This document shows, one piece after another, positions 37,159 to 49,599 of a DNA stretch of 54,004 bases (within the stretch, counting starts at the first letter, position 1; each line of letters starts with the position of its first letter). Where the stretch lies: the NCBI RefSeq assembly GCF_001194135.2, contig NC_068990.1, forward strand, positions 68,354,785 through 68,408,788, in the 5' to 3' direction. The notes below the pieces were generated by a model, which searched no databases, had not been told where the DNA came from, and was given only the letters and a program-made list of their open reading frames with translations. A program made the position numbers and the translations under genes. This DNA comes from Octopus bimaculoides (Eukaryota).

Positions 37159-38244
37159 ACAAATAATGACAAGTAAGGTAACAAAACAATGACAAGATTT
37201 CTTCCATAACAAAACAATATCACACATCAGAAGAGAGAAAAATATCTTTCTATCATTCGTTGAGGTGGGGATCCTCACTAAATAATTTAAGATTTTGTTG
37301 AAGCCATAAATATTTAGAAACTTCAGGGCGTGAAATAATTCTTTTTATGAATGTTGAATCTCCAAGCAATTAAATATAATAGCATGTAAATATTGGATTG
37401 AAAACTCATTGGATGGAAAAGTCGAAGCTTCTGAATTCACGAAATTTCTAAATCTTTATGATATCAGCAATATACAATTCTCGCTGCGAAGAATAAATTT
37501 TCTGAAATAGAAAAATTCCAAGGATTGCATTGGTTCAGTGCAGAACGCCTATCATGTATACAAGAGATGTGGGTTCGAAGTTCATGAACTGGGCTCGACT
37601 TTTTCTATCTAAAGGATTTTTAACCCAATATTTCCACGTTATTCTTTATAGCTTTATTTGCTTCGAGATTCATCGTTCTTAAAAATGAATTAAGATATTT
37701 TTTTCATAGAAAAGGAACAAGAATGAATTGCCCAAATGTTTGCTGCACGTGTTTCCATAACTTGGCAGTTTATTTAATAATGAATATTACATAACTTTAC
37801 ATTATTACACAACTACACCATTTCGTCAGATAATATTTAACATTTTACTTGAAATCTATTAGTTTCAATGTAGTCAGAACGAACATTTAATTGATTCATC
37901 CATGCTAATATAACATATGTAGTGTTTATTTACAATAGTTCACAAGAAGAAAATGGTTTTTATTAGGTGATGTAGTGATATAATTTACACAGTTGTCAGT
38001 TTTTCGATATATTTAATCTTCAGTAGGATGTAAGGAAATTCATTTATTCCCATTATATACTTTCATAAAAAGAAATCATTCTTTGAATTACTTAGTTCTA
38101 TATAATATTTGCCCTGGCCACAACAAGATATCACTCTTCTCCTATCCAATTTTTCTTGAGTCTTAGGACTCATACGGTCGGTTATCCGGTTTCGTCTATG
38201 TGATCGATATCACAATACACCGCTGGTCCGGTACAGCAGTCAAG

Positions 38245-38423
38245 GCTGGAAAATTTTAAGGAGTAAGGAAAGTCAATTACATTGGGACCAATATTTGAGT
38301 GGTATTTTCTTGACACCGATGAGATGAGTGGCAATGTTGGCCTTGGAGGCATTTGAACACAGAACGTAAAGAACCGGAACAAATGCCTGCTAAGCATTTT
38401 GTCCGACGTTCTAACGATTCACT
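38245..38423 (-). mobile_element. Degenerate SINE A
   Basis: Reverse complement reads GAATCGTTAGAACGTCGGACAAAATGCTTAGCAGGCATTT..GTGTTCAAATGCC..AATGTAATTGACTT..AAAATTTTCCAGCCTTG. Confidence 0.85.
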
Positions 38424-39893
38424 GATATTTTCTCTTGTCTTTACCGGTTCAGTATTTCGTTCTCTAAATCCCAGGTTAACAACCTCTCCAGTGATATCTT
38501 TCGTTTCCAGTACGTCAAACCCCTGGCATTTCATTCCTGCTAATGTTTCTGCAGTGGATACGGACTTACAAATACTCAACCTGAACAGTAATAGCAGCAA
38601 TCTGAGAAGACTTGTGAAGGTCACAGCCACTGCAAGTCCCTTCCGGCTAAAGCATAAAAAAATGTATTGATGTTGCCACTTGAAGTTCCTTTCTCTCATA
38701 ACTTTAAGTGCTTTCTGTCCAAGTTATACGTTATTAGTTAAACCATCGATGATACTCAAAGACAACATGATCGATACCAATTAATAAATAATTGGAACTA
38801 TATTTTTACTGGACATCACAAATAGTTTAGAATCGAATTTATCAACGACCAATTAATTTAACGGCTTATTTTAGACACACGCACACACACACACAAATAT
38901 ATATGTATATAATATATAATATATATATACTATACTTGTATAAATATCTATATATTATATATATAAATATATATATTATACATATATAATATATATATAT
39001 CATAATATATATATAATATATATNNNNNNNNNNNNNNNNNNNNNNNNNNNNNNNNNNNNNNNNNNNNNNNNNNNNNNNNNNNNNNNNNNNNNNNNNNNNN
39101 NNNNNNNNNNNNNNNNNNNNNNNNNNNNNNNNNNNNNNNNNNNNNNNNNNNNNNNNNNNNNNNNNNNNNNNNNNNNNNNNNNNNNNNNNNNNNNNNNATA
39201 TATACGCGCGTGTGTGTGTGCGTGTGCGTGTGTATGTATATATATATATGTATATTTAAACATGTACATGTACATATGTGTGTGTATATATATATATATA
39301 TATATACACACACATGTGCATATATTTATAAATGTGTGTGTGTATGTGTGTATGAGTGTTGCGGCTAGAATGTCGTCTAGACACTTTCTCCTTTCTATTT
39401 ACATCAAGTTGGCTGTGAAAAGACGTATAGTGATGAAACATCAAATGAAATCAATATATCTTGCCTTAGATATCGATCGGAAAAAGAACTACCGCAAAAA
39501 AGCAAAAGAGAAAACGGAAAAGAAAAAGCAATGTGCGAGGACTTAGTTTAATAATACGCCTAGTGCCTGTTTCCACTGTAAGTGAGAAAAAGTCAATTTA
39601 TCAATTTGTGATCTTTACAGCGGATAACCAACAAGAAAGCTTTAAAAACTGTTTAATTGTCAGATGTAAGCAAGCGCCTCTCGGCACCAACTGAGCTCAG
39701 CCACATCTACTAGCATTAGTTACCAGTTACAGCTTACAAGGGAATGTCTCGTCACCAATTAGCTACTAATTGCTGGCGACAAGTTCCAAAGTTATATCTC
39801 CAACAACCAATAGTTTAAGATCGTTAATCGATTCAATTTACCGCCATGTTTTTACACGACTTCAAACACTACAAGTAAAATGTAAACACAATG

Positions 39894-39934
<41 letters not shown>

Positions 39935-40999
39935 GTATGCATATGTGTGCGTGTGTATGTATGTACGTATGTATGTGTGTGCGTGCATGTGTAACAAAAC
40001 CGAAATATGAACAATGAGAAATATTCATCATAAATGATTTAGTAGGAAGGAACAAGAGCGGGGAGTAGATAAACGAGCAGACAAACGAGAATGACTGAAA
40101 GAGAAAGGAAGAGAAGCAGAAAGGGTGTGACACACACACACACACACCCACACACACTGACACACACACACTGACACACACACACTGATACACACACACT
40201 GACACACACACACTGACTGACACACACACACACTGACACACACGCACACACATATGTAAGTATGTATATATGAATGTATGTGTATAGATGTACAAAGAGA
40301 GAAAGAGAGAGAGAGAAAAGGAGAGTCACATCAAGGAAATGGCAGAAAAACGAGCTTGCAGCATTGTCAACGTCTAGTTATTTTCTTTCAGACCGTAGTA
40401 TTATTGGCATGATTTCCATCTCCACATTAAAAGCGATGCTGGATATTATGTAACATTTCAAGATGCCAGATCAGTTTTGTAGACATGAAACAGTAAGAAA
40501 GTAATGAAGAATGCCAGTTGTTCTCCGTTTTATTATCTTTGATGTACATTGATTTCCCTTTTACAATATTACTCTATCTTTTAAATCCAAAAGGACCATA
40601 GACATAAATTAGCAATGTTTGAGCGGTTAGCCATAAAAAAAAGAGACACATATCGAACGATTCTGCTATAAATAAAGAATTCTATATTTCTATCTGCAGA
40701 GAATACAAAGACAAGGAAGAAAAAGAAAAGGAAAAAGAAAGAAATAAACAGAAGAGTGAAATATACCTTAAGTTGTATATACTATCTGGTTGTTAGTGAT
40801 AGACAAGTGATATTAAAAACCACCAGAATCGATGGAGTGACCTTTTTCTATAACTGTCTTTACAGAAGCAGGATGTAAAATTCAAGCTACTATTTGATAT
40901 TTGACTCTGACCATATCAGTAGTATTCTCCTTGATCAAGTTATAATTTTATAAAATAAATAAATATATAAATAAAGGAACATCCCTGTTCGAAGGCTAT

Positions 41000-41450
41000 A
41001 AAGGACACAGGTTCGCGTGTCACATAGCTAGCTAGAGGCGATAGCCTCTTGGAGCTAATCAACGGCAGCATTCGTCCTATTTTTTGGACTGCCATGTTGG
41101 CTTGGCGATAACTATTAATAAAGGAACACCATTTCGGGTAATCCATTCTCTCGGGAGTAAGAACCGGACAACTAGGTCGGATCTAAGCACCCCACTTCTT
41201 TGTTAGGTGCTTGTCTGCCATTCGGTTTGTAAAGAACAGGTGCATTCAATTGCCTTCGTGAGTCAGTTTTGGATATATTCAGGTTTGAAGAGCCAGGGGT
41301 ATCTTCTGGAATTGTCTGCTAAACGTTTGCCGATTGTCAGAATAGCTTTTACAAAATTCCTGCTCCGCAAGTGTTGCTCATATTTGCGCCTCCATCCATA
41401 CTGTTCAGTGGGTTTCCTTCTCGATGAAATTATAGCTAATTTTAGATCTT
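41000..41450 (-). mobile_element. Probable decayed CR1/L2-group RT fragment
   Basis: Mixed-frame remnants in RT order: SMDGGANM..NFVKAILT..KRL, YIQN*LTK..TEWQTST, LDPT..NGLPEMV, LQEAI. These loosely parallel the DFxKAFD, WIxNWLT, SEWxxVTSG and NDLPExV motifs. Catalytic motifs are not intact. Confidence 0.4.
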
Positions 41451-41608
41451 CAGGGCTGAAAATCTTCACGTGGCTTTTGATTTTACAAGAGCAACAGCTG
41501 AGCTTTCCAAGTCGATGAACACCACTGTATGTTATGCATCAACCAAACCCTCCCTCAGCAACCACTTTGATAGTACTCTGAAAGTTGTCATTTTAATCTT
41601 TATCTTTT

Positions 41609-41773
41609 TGTTGTGTCGACGCCCCCAGGCGAAGAAGTAGGCTCTCTCAAGACATATAAATAAGGGTAGTCTGACCGTGGTAGGAGAGTTGAGTAGCAGT
41701 CGAGAAGCTGTTGTGTAGCGGTTGAGTAGAGATCATCCGAAGGTGCTAGATAGCAGTAGCTTGAGACATAACA
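41609..41773 (+). mobile_element. Solo LTR, 165 bp, 5-bp TSD CTTTT
   Basis: Starts TGTTGTG and ends CATAACA. CTTTT lies at 41604-41608 and 41774-41778, with TATAAA at 41655-41660. Orientation is tentative. Confidence 0.8.
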
Positions 41774-42530
41774 CTTTTATATTTATCCTTTCTGAGGCGA
41801 ATTTTTCAGGTAGTAAGTACATTATTTTGTGGTATGCTGCTGTCAGGTTTTTCTATAGGAATGGATCCTCTCCAGAAATATTTTGGAGTAAACAACGTTT
41901 ACAAAACTACTTCCGAAAGTACTAATATTTACGCTCGGCAAGATCTGTATCTATTTGTGTGTATCTATATGTATATGTATGTGTGTATGTGTGTGTGTGC
42001 GTGTGCGTGCATGTGTGTGTGAATGTTGTTGGTCATCATTCTCTTTTCACTGTGAATGTTTACATCAATATTATCAGCATCATTTCTTACTAAGTCATTA
42101 TATTTTCTCTGTATGTGTCTGTTTTAGTCTGGTGAGAATTCTAATTGCTGTTCTTCTTTGTTTTTATATAACCTGTATTAATATTTTGATCACGAGTTTG
42201 TAACAGAGGAGAGTATTTATGCTGGTGCTGCTACAAATGTAGTGGGAGTTCTTTTCCATTACTCCATGATGATGAAATTTCGTTAAGTGGAACAAATAAC
42301 AAAATGAAAAAAAAAAAAAAAAACGCATTCAAAAATATCTCTTCAGTGTCTCAAACTAGGAAGGAAAAAATTATAAACAAACTTCCTACTTCCTTTTGTA
42401 AAAATTCGTGCGATGCAACACAAACAAACACCGTTTTTGAGAAGAAATCAATATAATTCAATCCAAAACAGCAAAACACGTTAACACGTGTCGCAAATAA
42501 CAACAACAGTAACAGCAACAGCAATAACCC

Positions 42531-42943
42531 TTTCTATTATTGGTGCAAAGCCTGAATTTTATGAGGGGATGGGCTGAGTCGGTTACATCGACCCCAGCGT
42601 TCAACTGGTACTTATTTTATCGACCCCGAAAAGATGAAAGGTAAAATTAACTTCAGCGGAATTTGCACTCCGAAAGAAATGCTGCTATTTTGTTCAGCGT
42701 GATAACGATTTTGCCAGTTCCCTACCAAACTAATAATAACAATGGTTTCAAATTTTGGCACAAGGCTAGCAATTTTGGTGGGCGGGGTGGGTAGTTCGAT
42801 TACATCGACGCCCCCAAAATTCAACTGGTACTTGTACATCTACTTATTCTATCGAACCTAAATGCTGAAAGACAAAGACGGACCGGACGAAATGCCACTA
42901 AGCATTTTACCCGGTATGCTAACGATTGTACCAGATCGCCACC
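42531..42943 (-). mobile_element. Two tandem SINE A copies (42531-42725 and 42735-42943)
   Basis: Each has TTACATCGAC.CC..TTCAACTGGTACTT..TT.TATCGA and ends at the head TAACGATT.T.CCAG.TC.C.ACC. Confidence 0.88.
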
Positions 42944-42984
42944 GAAAAATGATGGTCAAGGTGATGATGATGATGATGATGATA

Positions 42985-43145
42985 AATAGCTATGACGATT
43001 TGAAGTGGGAAATCCGAAGGTTGTGGTCAATGAAGAGAGTAGATGTAATATTAATAGCAACTGGTGCACTTGGAGGTATCAGCACTCAACTACCAGCATG
43101 GCTGAAAAAGATCGGTGCAAGTGTGAAGGTAGACACAGCGAGATC
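42985..43145 (+). mobile_element. R4/Dong-like restriction-like endonuclease C-terminal fragment
   Basis: YDDLKWEIRRLWSMKRVDVILIATGALGGISTQLPAWLKKIG..TARSL matches the KYxDLxxEIxRLW..IPIVIGALG..GTARIL pattern. It is preceded by (GAT)n. Confidence 0.85.
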
Positions 43146-43734
43146 ACTCACAGTCACTTATAATTACTTGTCGATGAAAGACAGAATGGGTTTTACTAAA
43201 CTCATTAAATTTACAAATCTGTTTATCAACAAGTGACCTATCAAAATGAACTATGTTCTTACTACATAAGAAATTCTTCGAGCCACTGCATGAATAGAAT
43301 CCAATAACGTGCTTTGAGAATTAGAAAACCAGTGATCCCCTGTTACTGAAAAAACTCCAACTTTCGAAATATACGAAAATAACATTACACTTATTCCCCG
43401 TATAGCCACAAAGTAATATCTAGTTTATAATAGCAACAGAACAATACCAAAGATAACCTTAAATTAATATTAATATTGTTTCTAACCAGTACCTTAGAGC
43501 TGGAGTAATCTCACGATGAGTCGCCACCGCAAAGCGGTTTTCTTTTTCGGATGAATACAAAATGTGATGTATAATTTGTGCACAACGAAGAGACGAAGTA
43601 TGTATTCTGTAACTGAATTAACTGACAACAAGACAGAACAAGTCTCAGAACAAGTTGTCTCATGGTTATTTAGTTAAATTCGTAAATTCAAATAACTTTT
43701 ATAACCAGGAGAGACGCAAGAACAAATATTTGCT

Positions 43735-43800
43735 TTTGTCTCCGTCGAAGGGCTCTGCTCAAAACGTCTGTGTTCTCATCTCCCCACGGTATACAACCTT
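43735..43800 (+). ncRNA. Degenerate hammerhead-ribozyme-like motif (Penelope pLTR type), probably inactive
   Basis: CTCCGTCGAAGGGCTCTGCTCAAAACGTC compared with the CTGACGAAGGGC..GCTCGAAACGTC pattern. Stem II GGGC/GCTC is retained and the core is mutated. Confidence 0.5.
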
Positions 43801-44682
43801 ATCAAACTTTCAGAAGTCTTCTAAATGACTTTTGTCCAGTGAAACCAACACTAGTTACATTGGTCTCTATTTTCTTGTGATTATCTTCTATTCTCAGTGG
43901 TAACTCTGTCACTTCGATTATTCGCTATTACTGTTGTCGTTGACAACATTAATATATTGTATCTTGTATTATCACTACGACATATATCTCTCGTTTCAGA
44001 GGTTTTTGTTCTTTATTTTCCACACAAAAAAGGGGGGGGGAAGGAAAAGAACTAAACTATTATCTTACTAAACAGAAGAAAAAGGAATAAAATGTCTCAG
44101 AGGATGGAGCCGAAATATATTTTATAAATGACAAGAAGAAAGTTAAACCTCATTCTGAATTAGAAAGTAAAAGCACGAAGACAATACGCTCCATTTCTGC
44201 TTAGAAAGAGAGTTCGGCTGTCAGTTAGTGACGAGACTTGATTGTGAGGTAGAATCCTACTTCACAATAAATGTTTCTTTCGTCTATTCTATATAAAAAA
44301 AAAAAACTGGTGAAAAAGTATTTAATATATATGAGTGTGTGTGTATGTATGTGTGTATGTGTGTGTATGTGTGTATGTGTGTGCGTGTGTGCGTGTGTGT
44401 GTGTGACTATATATATATATGTATTATGTATGTATGTATGTATGTCTGTATGCATTTGTATATCTGTTATGTATATAAGGCTCAAGGATCTGAAATGATG
44501 CGTCTGACATTCTCGTAGGTCACTGCTATGACATGTTCGTCTCCAATATATAGTGTTTTTAACAGAGTATGTCCATGAAAATAGTTTTCTCTAAGACAAC
44601 AAATACAGTATCATGCTCGTCAACAGTGTATATACGTTATGTATGATGCACAAATGTTCATTTTAATCTAATTTTGTTTTAG

Positions 44683-44830
44683 TTGCGTACATCCTGTTTT
44701 ATTCACCTCGGCGACTACACACAACATTAGTGAATGCATTAATTCTCTGCTTCCTGCATGGGAGAAACCATGCGATTGATTACACATCACTGACAATACT
44801 CAAGGAAGCCAAAACGTGTCTGAAATTCTG
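44683..44830 (+). other. Candidate internal exon (148 bp), product unknown
   Basis: TTTTGTTTTAG| acceptor and |GTGAGT donor. One open frame: AYILFYSPRRLHTTLVNALILCFLHGRNHAIDYTSLTILKEAKTCLKF. No homology recognised. Confidence 0.25.
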
Positions 44831-46122
44831 GTGAGTCACTCGTAAAGTGATGTTTCCATGCTCCGATATATATATATATATATANNNNNNNNNNNNNNNN
44901 NNNNNNNNNNNNNNNNNNNNNNNNNNNNNNNNNNNNNNNNNNNNNNNNNNNNNNNNNNNNNNNNNNNNNNNNNNNNNNNNNNNNNNNNNNNNNNNNNNNN
45001 NNNNNNNNNNNNNNNNNNNNNNNNNNNNNNNNNNNNNNNNNNNNNNNNNNNNNNNNNNNNNNNNNNNNNNNNNNNNNNNNNNNNNNNNNNNNNNNNNNNN
45101 NNNNNNNNNNNNNNNNNNNNNNNNNNNNNNNNNNNNNNNNNNNNNNNNNNNNNNNNNNNNNNNNNNNNNNNNNNNNNNNNNNNNNNNNNNNNNNNNNNNN
45201 NNNNNNNNNNNNNNNNNNNNNNNNNNNNNNNNNNNNNNNNNNNNNNNNNNNNNNNNNNNNNNNNNNNNNNNNNNNNNNNNNNNNNNNNNNNNNNNNNNNN
45301 NNNNNNNNNNNNNNNNNNNNNNNNNNNNNNNNNNNNNNNNNNNNNNNNNNNNNNNNNNNNNNNNNNNNNNNNNNNNNNNNNNNNNNNNNNNNNNNNNNNN
45401 NNNNNNNNNNNNNNNNNNNNNNNNNNNNNNNNNNNNNNNNNNNNNNNNNNNNNNNNNNNNNNNNNNNNNNNNNNNNNNNNNNNNNNNNNNNNNNNNNNNN
45501 NNNNNNNNNNNNNNNNNNNNNNNNNNNNNNNNNNNNNNNNNNNNNNNNNNNNNNNNNNNNNNNNNNNNNNNNNNNNNNNNNNNNNNNNNNNNNNNNNNNN
45601 NNNNNNNNNNNNNNNNNNNNNNNNNNNNNNNNNNNNNNNNNNNNNNNNNNNNNNNNNNNNNNNNNNNNNNNNNNNNNNNNNNNNNNNNNNNAATTATTTT
45701 ATTAAATTGAAAGAGGTATATTTGATAATGACTGAAGTACAAAATGTCATTCGAAATTTAAAAAGTAGTTTAAAAAGTAATGTTTGTTGTGTTTTTACAG
45801 TTTTACAGCTTTCATTCACAATATGTCTGAAATCTGTATATTTACAAAAACAACAGAATGGATATATCGTATTTTGCGAACACTCTTCTTAATACCAAAC
45901 AATTTCATATGTCGGGAGTTTTGTAAAGTCAAGTAATTCCCTTGTTATTCAGCCTTCTGAAATTAACAGCCAAGATACTCACAAATCACAGCATTGACTA
46001 AAAGATATATTGAACAATATAATTTCTGATTTACAAATGACGAGATGGTCGACGTTGGAAAAGTCTGCATCGTAATGTTTCAATTAAGCCTAAACAACAG
46101 TACAAAACTTTATTAAGCTTAC

Positions 46123-46201
46123 GACGAAATGGCCCTGTGCGGGCGACGACAACTCGAGATGTAACAGCTACATTAACTTCAAATGTTACCATACCGTTCC
46201 A
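46123..46201 (-). other. Candidate internal exon (79 bp), product unknown
   Basis: CTCTTTTCTACTAG| acceptor and |GTAAGC donor. One open frame: WNGMVTFEVNVAVTSRVVVARTGPFR. Confidence 0.2.
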
Positions 46202-46254
46202 CTAGTAGAAAAGAGTCCCTTTGTTGGTTTATCTGATTTATAATGTCAGAACCA

Positions 46255-46658
46255 CAGCTGTGTGGAGCCCGCTTTGCAGCCAGGCAATTTTATGTTCAGT
46301 CCTACTGTATGACACCTTGGGCAAGTCTTCCATGTCCCCCGGGCTGACTAACACCTTGTAGGTGAATTTAGTAGATAAAAAACTTGGAAGCAAAGTATAT
46401 ATATATATATNNNNNNNNNNNNNNNNNNNNNNNNNNNNNNNNNNNNNNNNNNNNNNNNNNNNNNNNNNNNNNNNNNNNNNNNNNNNNNNNNNNNNNNNNN
46501 NNNNNNNNNNNNNNNNNNNNNNNNNNNNNNNNNNNNNNNNNNNNNNNNNNNNNNNNNNNNNNNNNNNNNNNNNNNNNNNNNNNNNNNNNNNNNNNNNNNN
46601 NNNNNNNNNNNNNNNNNNNNNNNNNNNNNNNNNNNNNNNNNNNNNNNNNNNNNNNNNA

Positions 46659-46731
<73 letters not shown>

Positions 46732-47015
46732 GTGCATGTATGTGTTTGTGTGTCTGTGTTTGTCCCCCAACATCGCTTGACAACTGATGCTGGTGTGTCT
46801 ACATACCCGTAAGTTAGCGGTTCAGCAAAAGAGACCGATAGAATAAGTACTAGGCTTCCAAAGAACAAGTCCTGGGGTCGATTTGCTCGACTAAAGGCGG
46901 TGCTCCANNNNNNNNNNCTTCCAAAGAACAAGTCCTGGGGTCGATTTGCTCGACTAAAGGCGGTGCTCCAGCATGGCCACAGTCAAATGACTGAAACAAG
47001 TAAAAGAGCAAAGAG
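46255..47015 (+). mobile_element. SINE B with expanded central (TA)n/(TG)n; spans two assembly gaps
   Basis: GACACCTTGGGCAAGTCTT..; CATCGCTTGACAACTGATGCTGGTGTG..GAGACCGATAGAATAAGTACTAGG..CTGGGGTCGATTTGCTCGACTAAAGGCGGTGCTCCAGCATGGCC. Confidence 0.9.
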
Positions 47016-47136
47016 AGTAAAGAGTATATGTGCATATATATATATAGATATATATAGAGAGAGAGGGAGAAAGAGAGATGTCATATATACATATACATTA
47101 TATATGTATGCACAAGCTTGCTTCCTAACCACATGG

Positions 47137-47594
47137 TTTTGAAGCGATTGAAGGATGACATTCTGCGAAAGCGACCGTTTCTGTGGATCGCAGAGAATTG
47201 GATTCTTCCCAACGACAATGTACCCTGTCACCGAGCTCTCCTCACTCGTGTGTTTCTCGCCAGAAACAGTACGGTATCGTTTCCGCACCAATCCCTATTC
47301 GGCAGATTTAGCACCTGCAGACTTCCATCTCTTCCCCCAAGATGAAAATGCAGCTCAAAGGTTGCGGTTGTAACACCGCTGTCGAGAGATCCAGTGCGAA
47401 TCGCAGAAGGTTCTTGACTCGCTTATGGAAAACGACTTCCAGGCTGGATTCCAAATGTGGCAGGGACGCTAGGACCGGTGGAGTTTTGCGCAAGATGACT
47501 ATTTGAAAGGAGATGATGTTGAAAGTTAGGTAAATAATTTCTTTTTTTTTATTATTAAACATAACTAGTCCAGGAATCTTTTGATACCGCCTCG
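47137..47594 (+). mobile_element. Second mariner (irritans/Hsmar2-like), 3' part with TIR followed by TA
   Basis: KRLKDDILRKRP..WILPNDNVPCH..PYSADLAPADFHLFP.MKMQLKG..QDDYLKGD. The end reverse-complements to CGAGGCGGTATCAAAAAG, with TA at 47595-47596. A 25-bp SINE B head fragment precedes it (47114-47138). Confidence 0.88.
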
Positions 47595-48684
47595 TATATA
47601 ATACTGTAGAAACGCACGCAATGTATTTCTACGAAGAGCGTAGAAATGATTGTACAGTTGCTGTTGAAGATGATGATGATGCGATGGCAACTACAACGAG
47701 GACGATGTTGATGATGATGATGATGATGATGATGAGGAGAAGGAGGATGAAGTAGAAGAATAGTAACAGGAGAACGATGATGATGATGATGAGGATGGTG
47801 AAGTAAAGAAGTAGCAGGAGGAGGAAGAAGAGAGAAAATAAAAAAAGGTGGATTAAGACAACAATAATGATGATAATGATGACGATGATGATGATGATAA
47901 TGATGACGATGATGATGATGATAATGAAGATGATTTTTATTGGTTATTTGTTATTGTTGTTGTTATTATCGTTGTTGTTCTTGCTGATGCTGTTGATGCT
48001 GTTATTATTTTTGTCCATCCATTTGATGTTTACTCCTCTTATTCTTTCTATTGTTCTCATTAAGATTTTGTGGTTTTAATCGTATAATTCTTTCGGTTTC
48101 GGGTGGGTCAGGTGTGTGTGTGTTAGTGTATAGTTGAGTGTTACTGTATGTTTTTTCTGATGCGTGAATGTGCTTGTGTGTATGTGCTCAAGTGTGTGCT
48201 TATATTTTGTGTGTGTATGTGTTCGTTTCTTTTTGTTGTTGGTTATATGAGTTTTTATTGATTTTCTTTACTTTTCCAACATCAGCTAGGATAGGAAAAG
48301 AGAGATAGAGAGATAGAAAGATAGAAAGACGTGGGAGAGAATAATCTAAAACAAAACAAATAAAGAGAAAATACTGCATGGATGGATGTTATGCAGTATC
48401 TAGTTTGATATTTCGCTGATACGTGTTCAAATCCCTTTGATCTCGACTTTACTGTTCATCAATTGGTTTTCGATAAAATTCACACCAGTAATGCTCTTCA
48501 AATATTACACAGAAATAAAGAAAAAACATTAAAAAAAAATTCTTTAGTTTGGCAAGTTGTCAAGCGAAGAGTTAAGGACGAAGTTCTTCCCGGTGGAAGA
48601 ACCAAAATCTCCCTCACCCACCCATAACGTCTTGGATAAGGAAGTATACATTATGTGTAGTAGTCTTAACTGAAGCGTCTTTTA

Positions 48685-49090
48685 TCTTTTACTTGTTTTA
48701 ATCATTAAAGTACAGCCATGCCGGGGCATCAACGTCTTGGAGCGCTCACTCGAAAAAAATCTGACCTCAGTTCTTATTTTTCTTTTAAAGTGCGGCACTT
48801 GTTTTAGCGGGTGACTTTCGCCTAAGCGCTAGTTTACTGGGACGTAAACGAACCAGCACCGTTTTTCGAACAGTGGTGGGAATGGTCACAAAGACACGTG
48901 CGCGGTACACACACACACACACACATTCGTAAGTAGGACAGTCTTCCACCGGTCCCATCTTCCAAATTCACTCGTAAAGCTTTGGCCACCCCAGGGCTAC
49001 GGTCGAAGACACTTGCCAAAAGTGCCATGCAGTGGGATTGAATCGGAAAGCACGTGGTAGCTTTCTAAACCACGCAGTCAGGCCTGCGCC
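48685..49090 (-). mobile_element. SINE B, full length
   Basis: TCTTTTACTTGTTT..ATCATT..CAGCCATGC at the left. AAGACACTTGCCAAAAGTGCCA.GCAGTGGGATTGAA..AACCAC.CAG.CAGGCCTGCGCC at the right. Confidence 0.88.
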
Positions 49091-49247
49091 TATATCTAGA
49101 AAGAGATAAAAGACGTGATGATCATGGCTGGAACGTCATTAATCATACTTCTACTCGATTAAGACCAGCCTGGTGCTAGCCAACAATGATATATTCATAA
49201 ATCTGTAGCTTATGTTCATTCTCCACCCAAATCATTAAAGGTTTACA

Positions 49248-49598
49248 GGGTAAAGGGTAAAGACCCCCTTTGATCTTGAATATCCATGGAATTGCACCTA
49301 GAAAGTGCCCCCCCCCCCCGAGGCACAAGTTCGAGCAAGGTTGTTTAGGAAGACTAACGGTCGTCCATGTCTACCATCCTCCCCCCTCTCTTATGCTACC
49401 GATGTTATCCAAGAAAATGTCAAAGGCCGGTACAGCTTGGCACCAGTGACGTCACAACTAATTTCTACAGTTGAGAGAACTGAAGCAGTGTGAAATAAAG
49501 TGCATTCCTCGAGAACATAACACACAGCCTGGTCTGGGAATAGAACTCACAGCCTCATGATTGTAGGTTCGAAGCTCTAACCACAGAGCCATGCACCT
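49248..49598 (-). mobile_element. Third tRNA-derived SINE family (D), single full-length copy with (TTTACCC)n tail
   Basis: Reverse complement: GGTGCATGGCTCTGTGGTTAGAGC (A-box), GTGAGTTCTATTCCC (B-box), CACTTTATTTCAC, 3' end GGGGTCTTTACCCTTTACCC. Confidence 0.75.
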
Positions 49599-49599
49599 T

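Noticed and set aside
37522-37592. tRNA-like segment (TGGTTCAGTGCAGAACG..GGGTTCGAAG)
   Set aside because: Acceptor and T stems do not pair convincingly; not a tRNA gene.
38182-38699. Protein-looking ORFs 38277-38699, 38182-38397 and 38353-38670
   Set aside because: They read through a degenerate SINE A at 38245-38423, so they are not genuine continuous coding sequences.
46855-46970. Perfect 53-bp direct repeat within SINE B
   Set aside because: The identical copies sit either side of a 10-N gap, the signature of an unmerged contig overlap.
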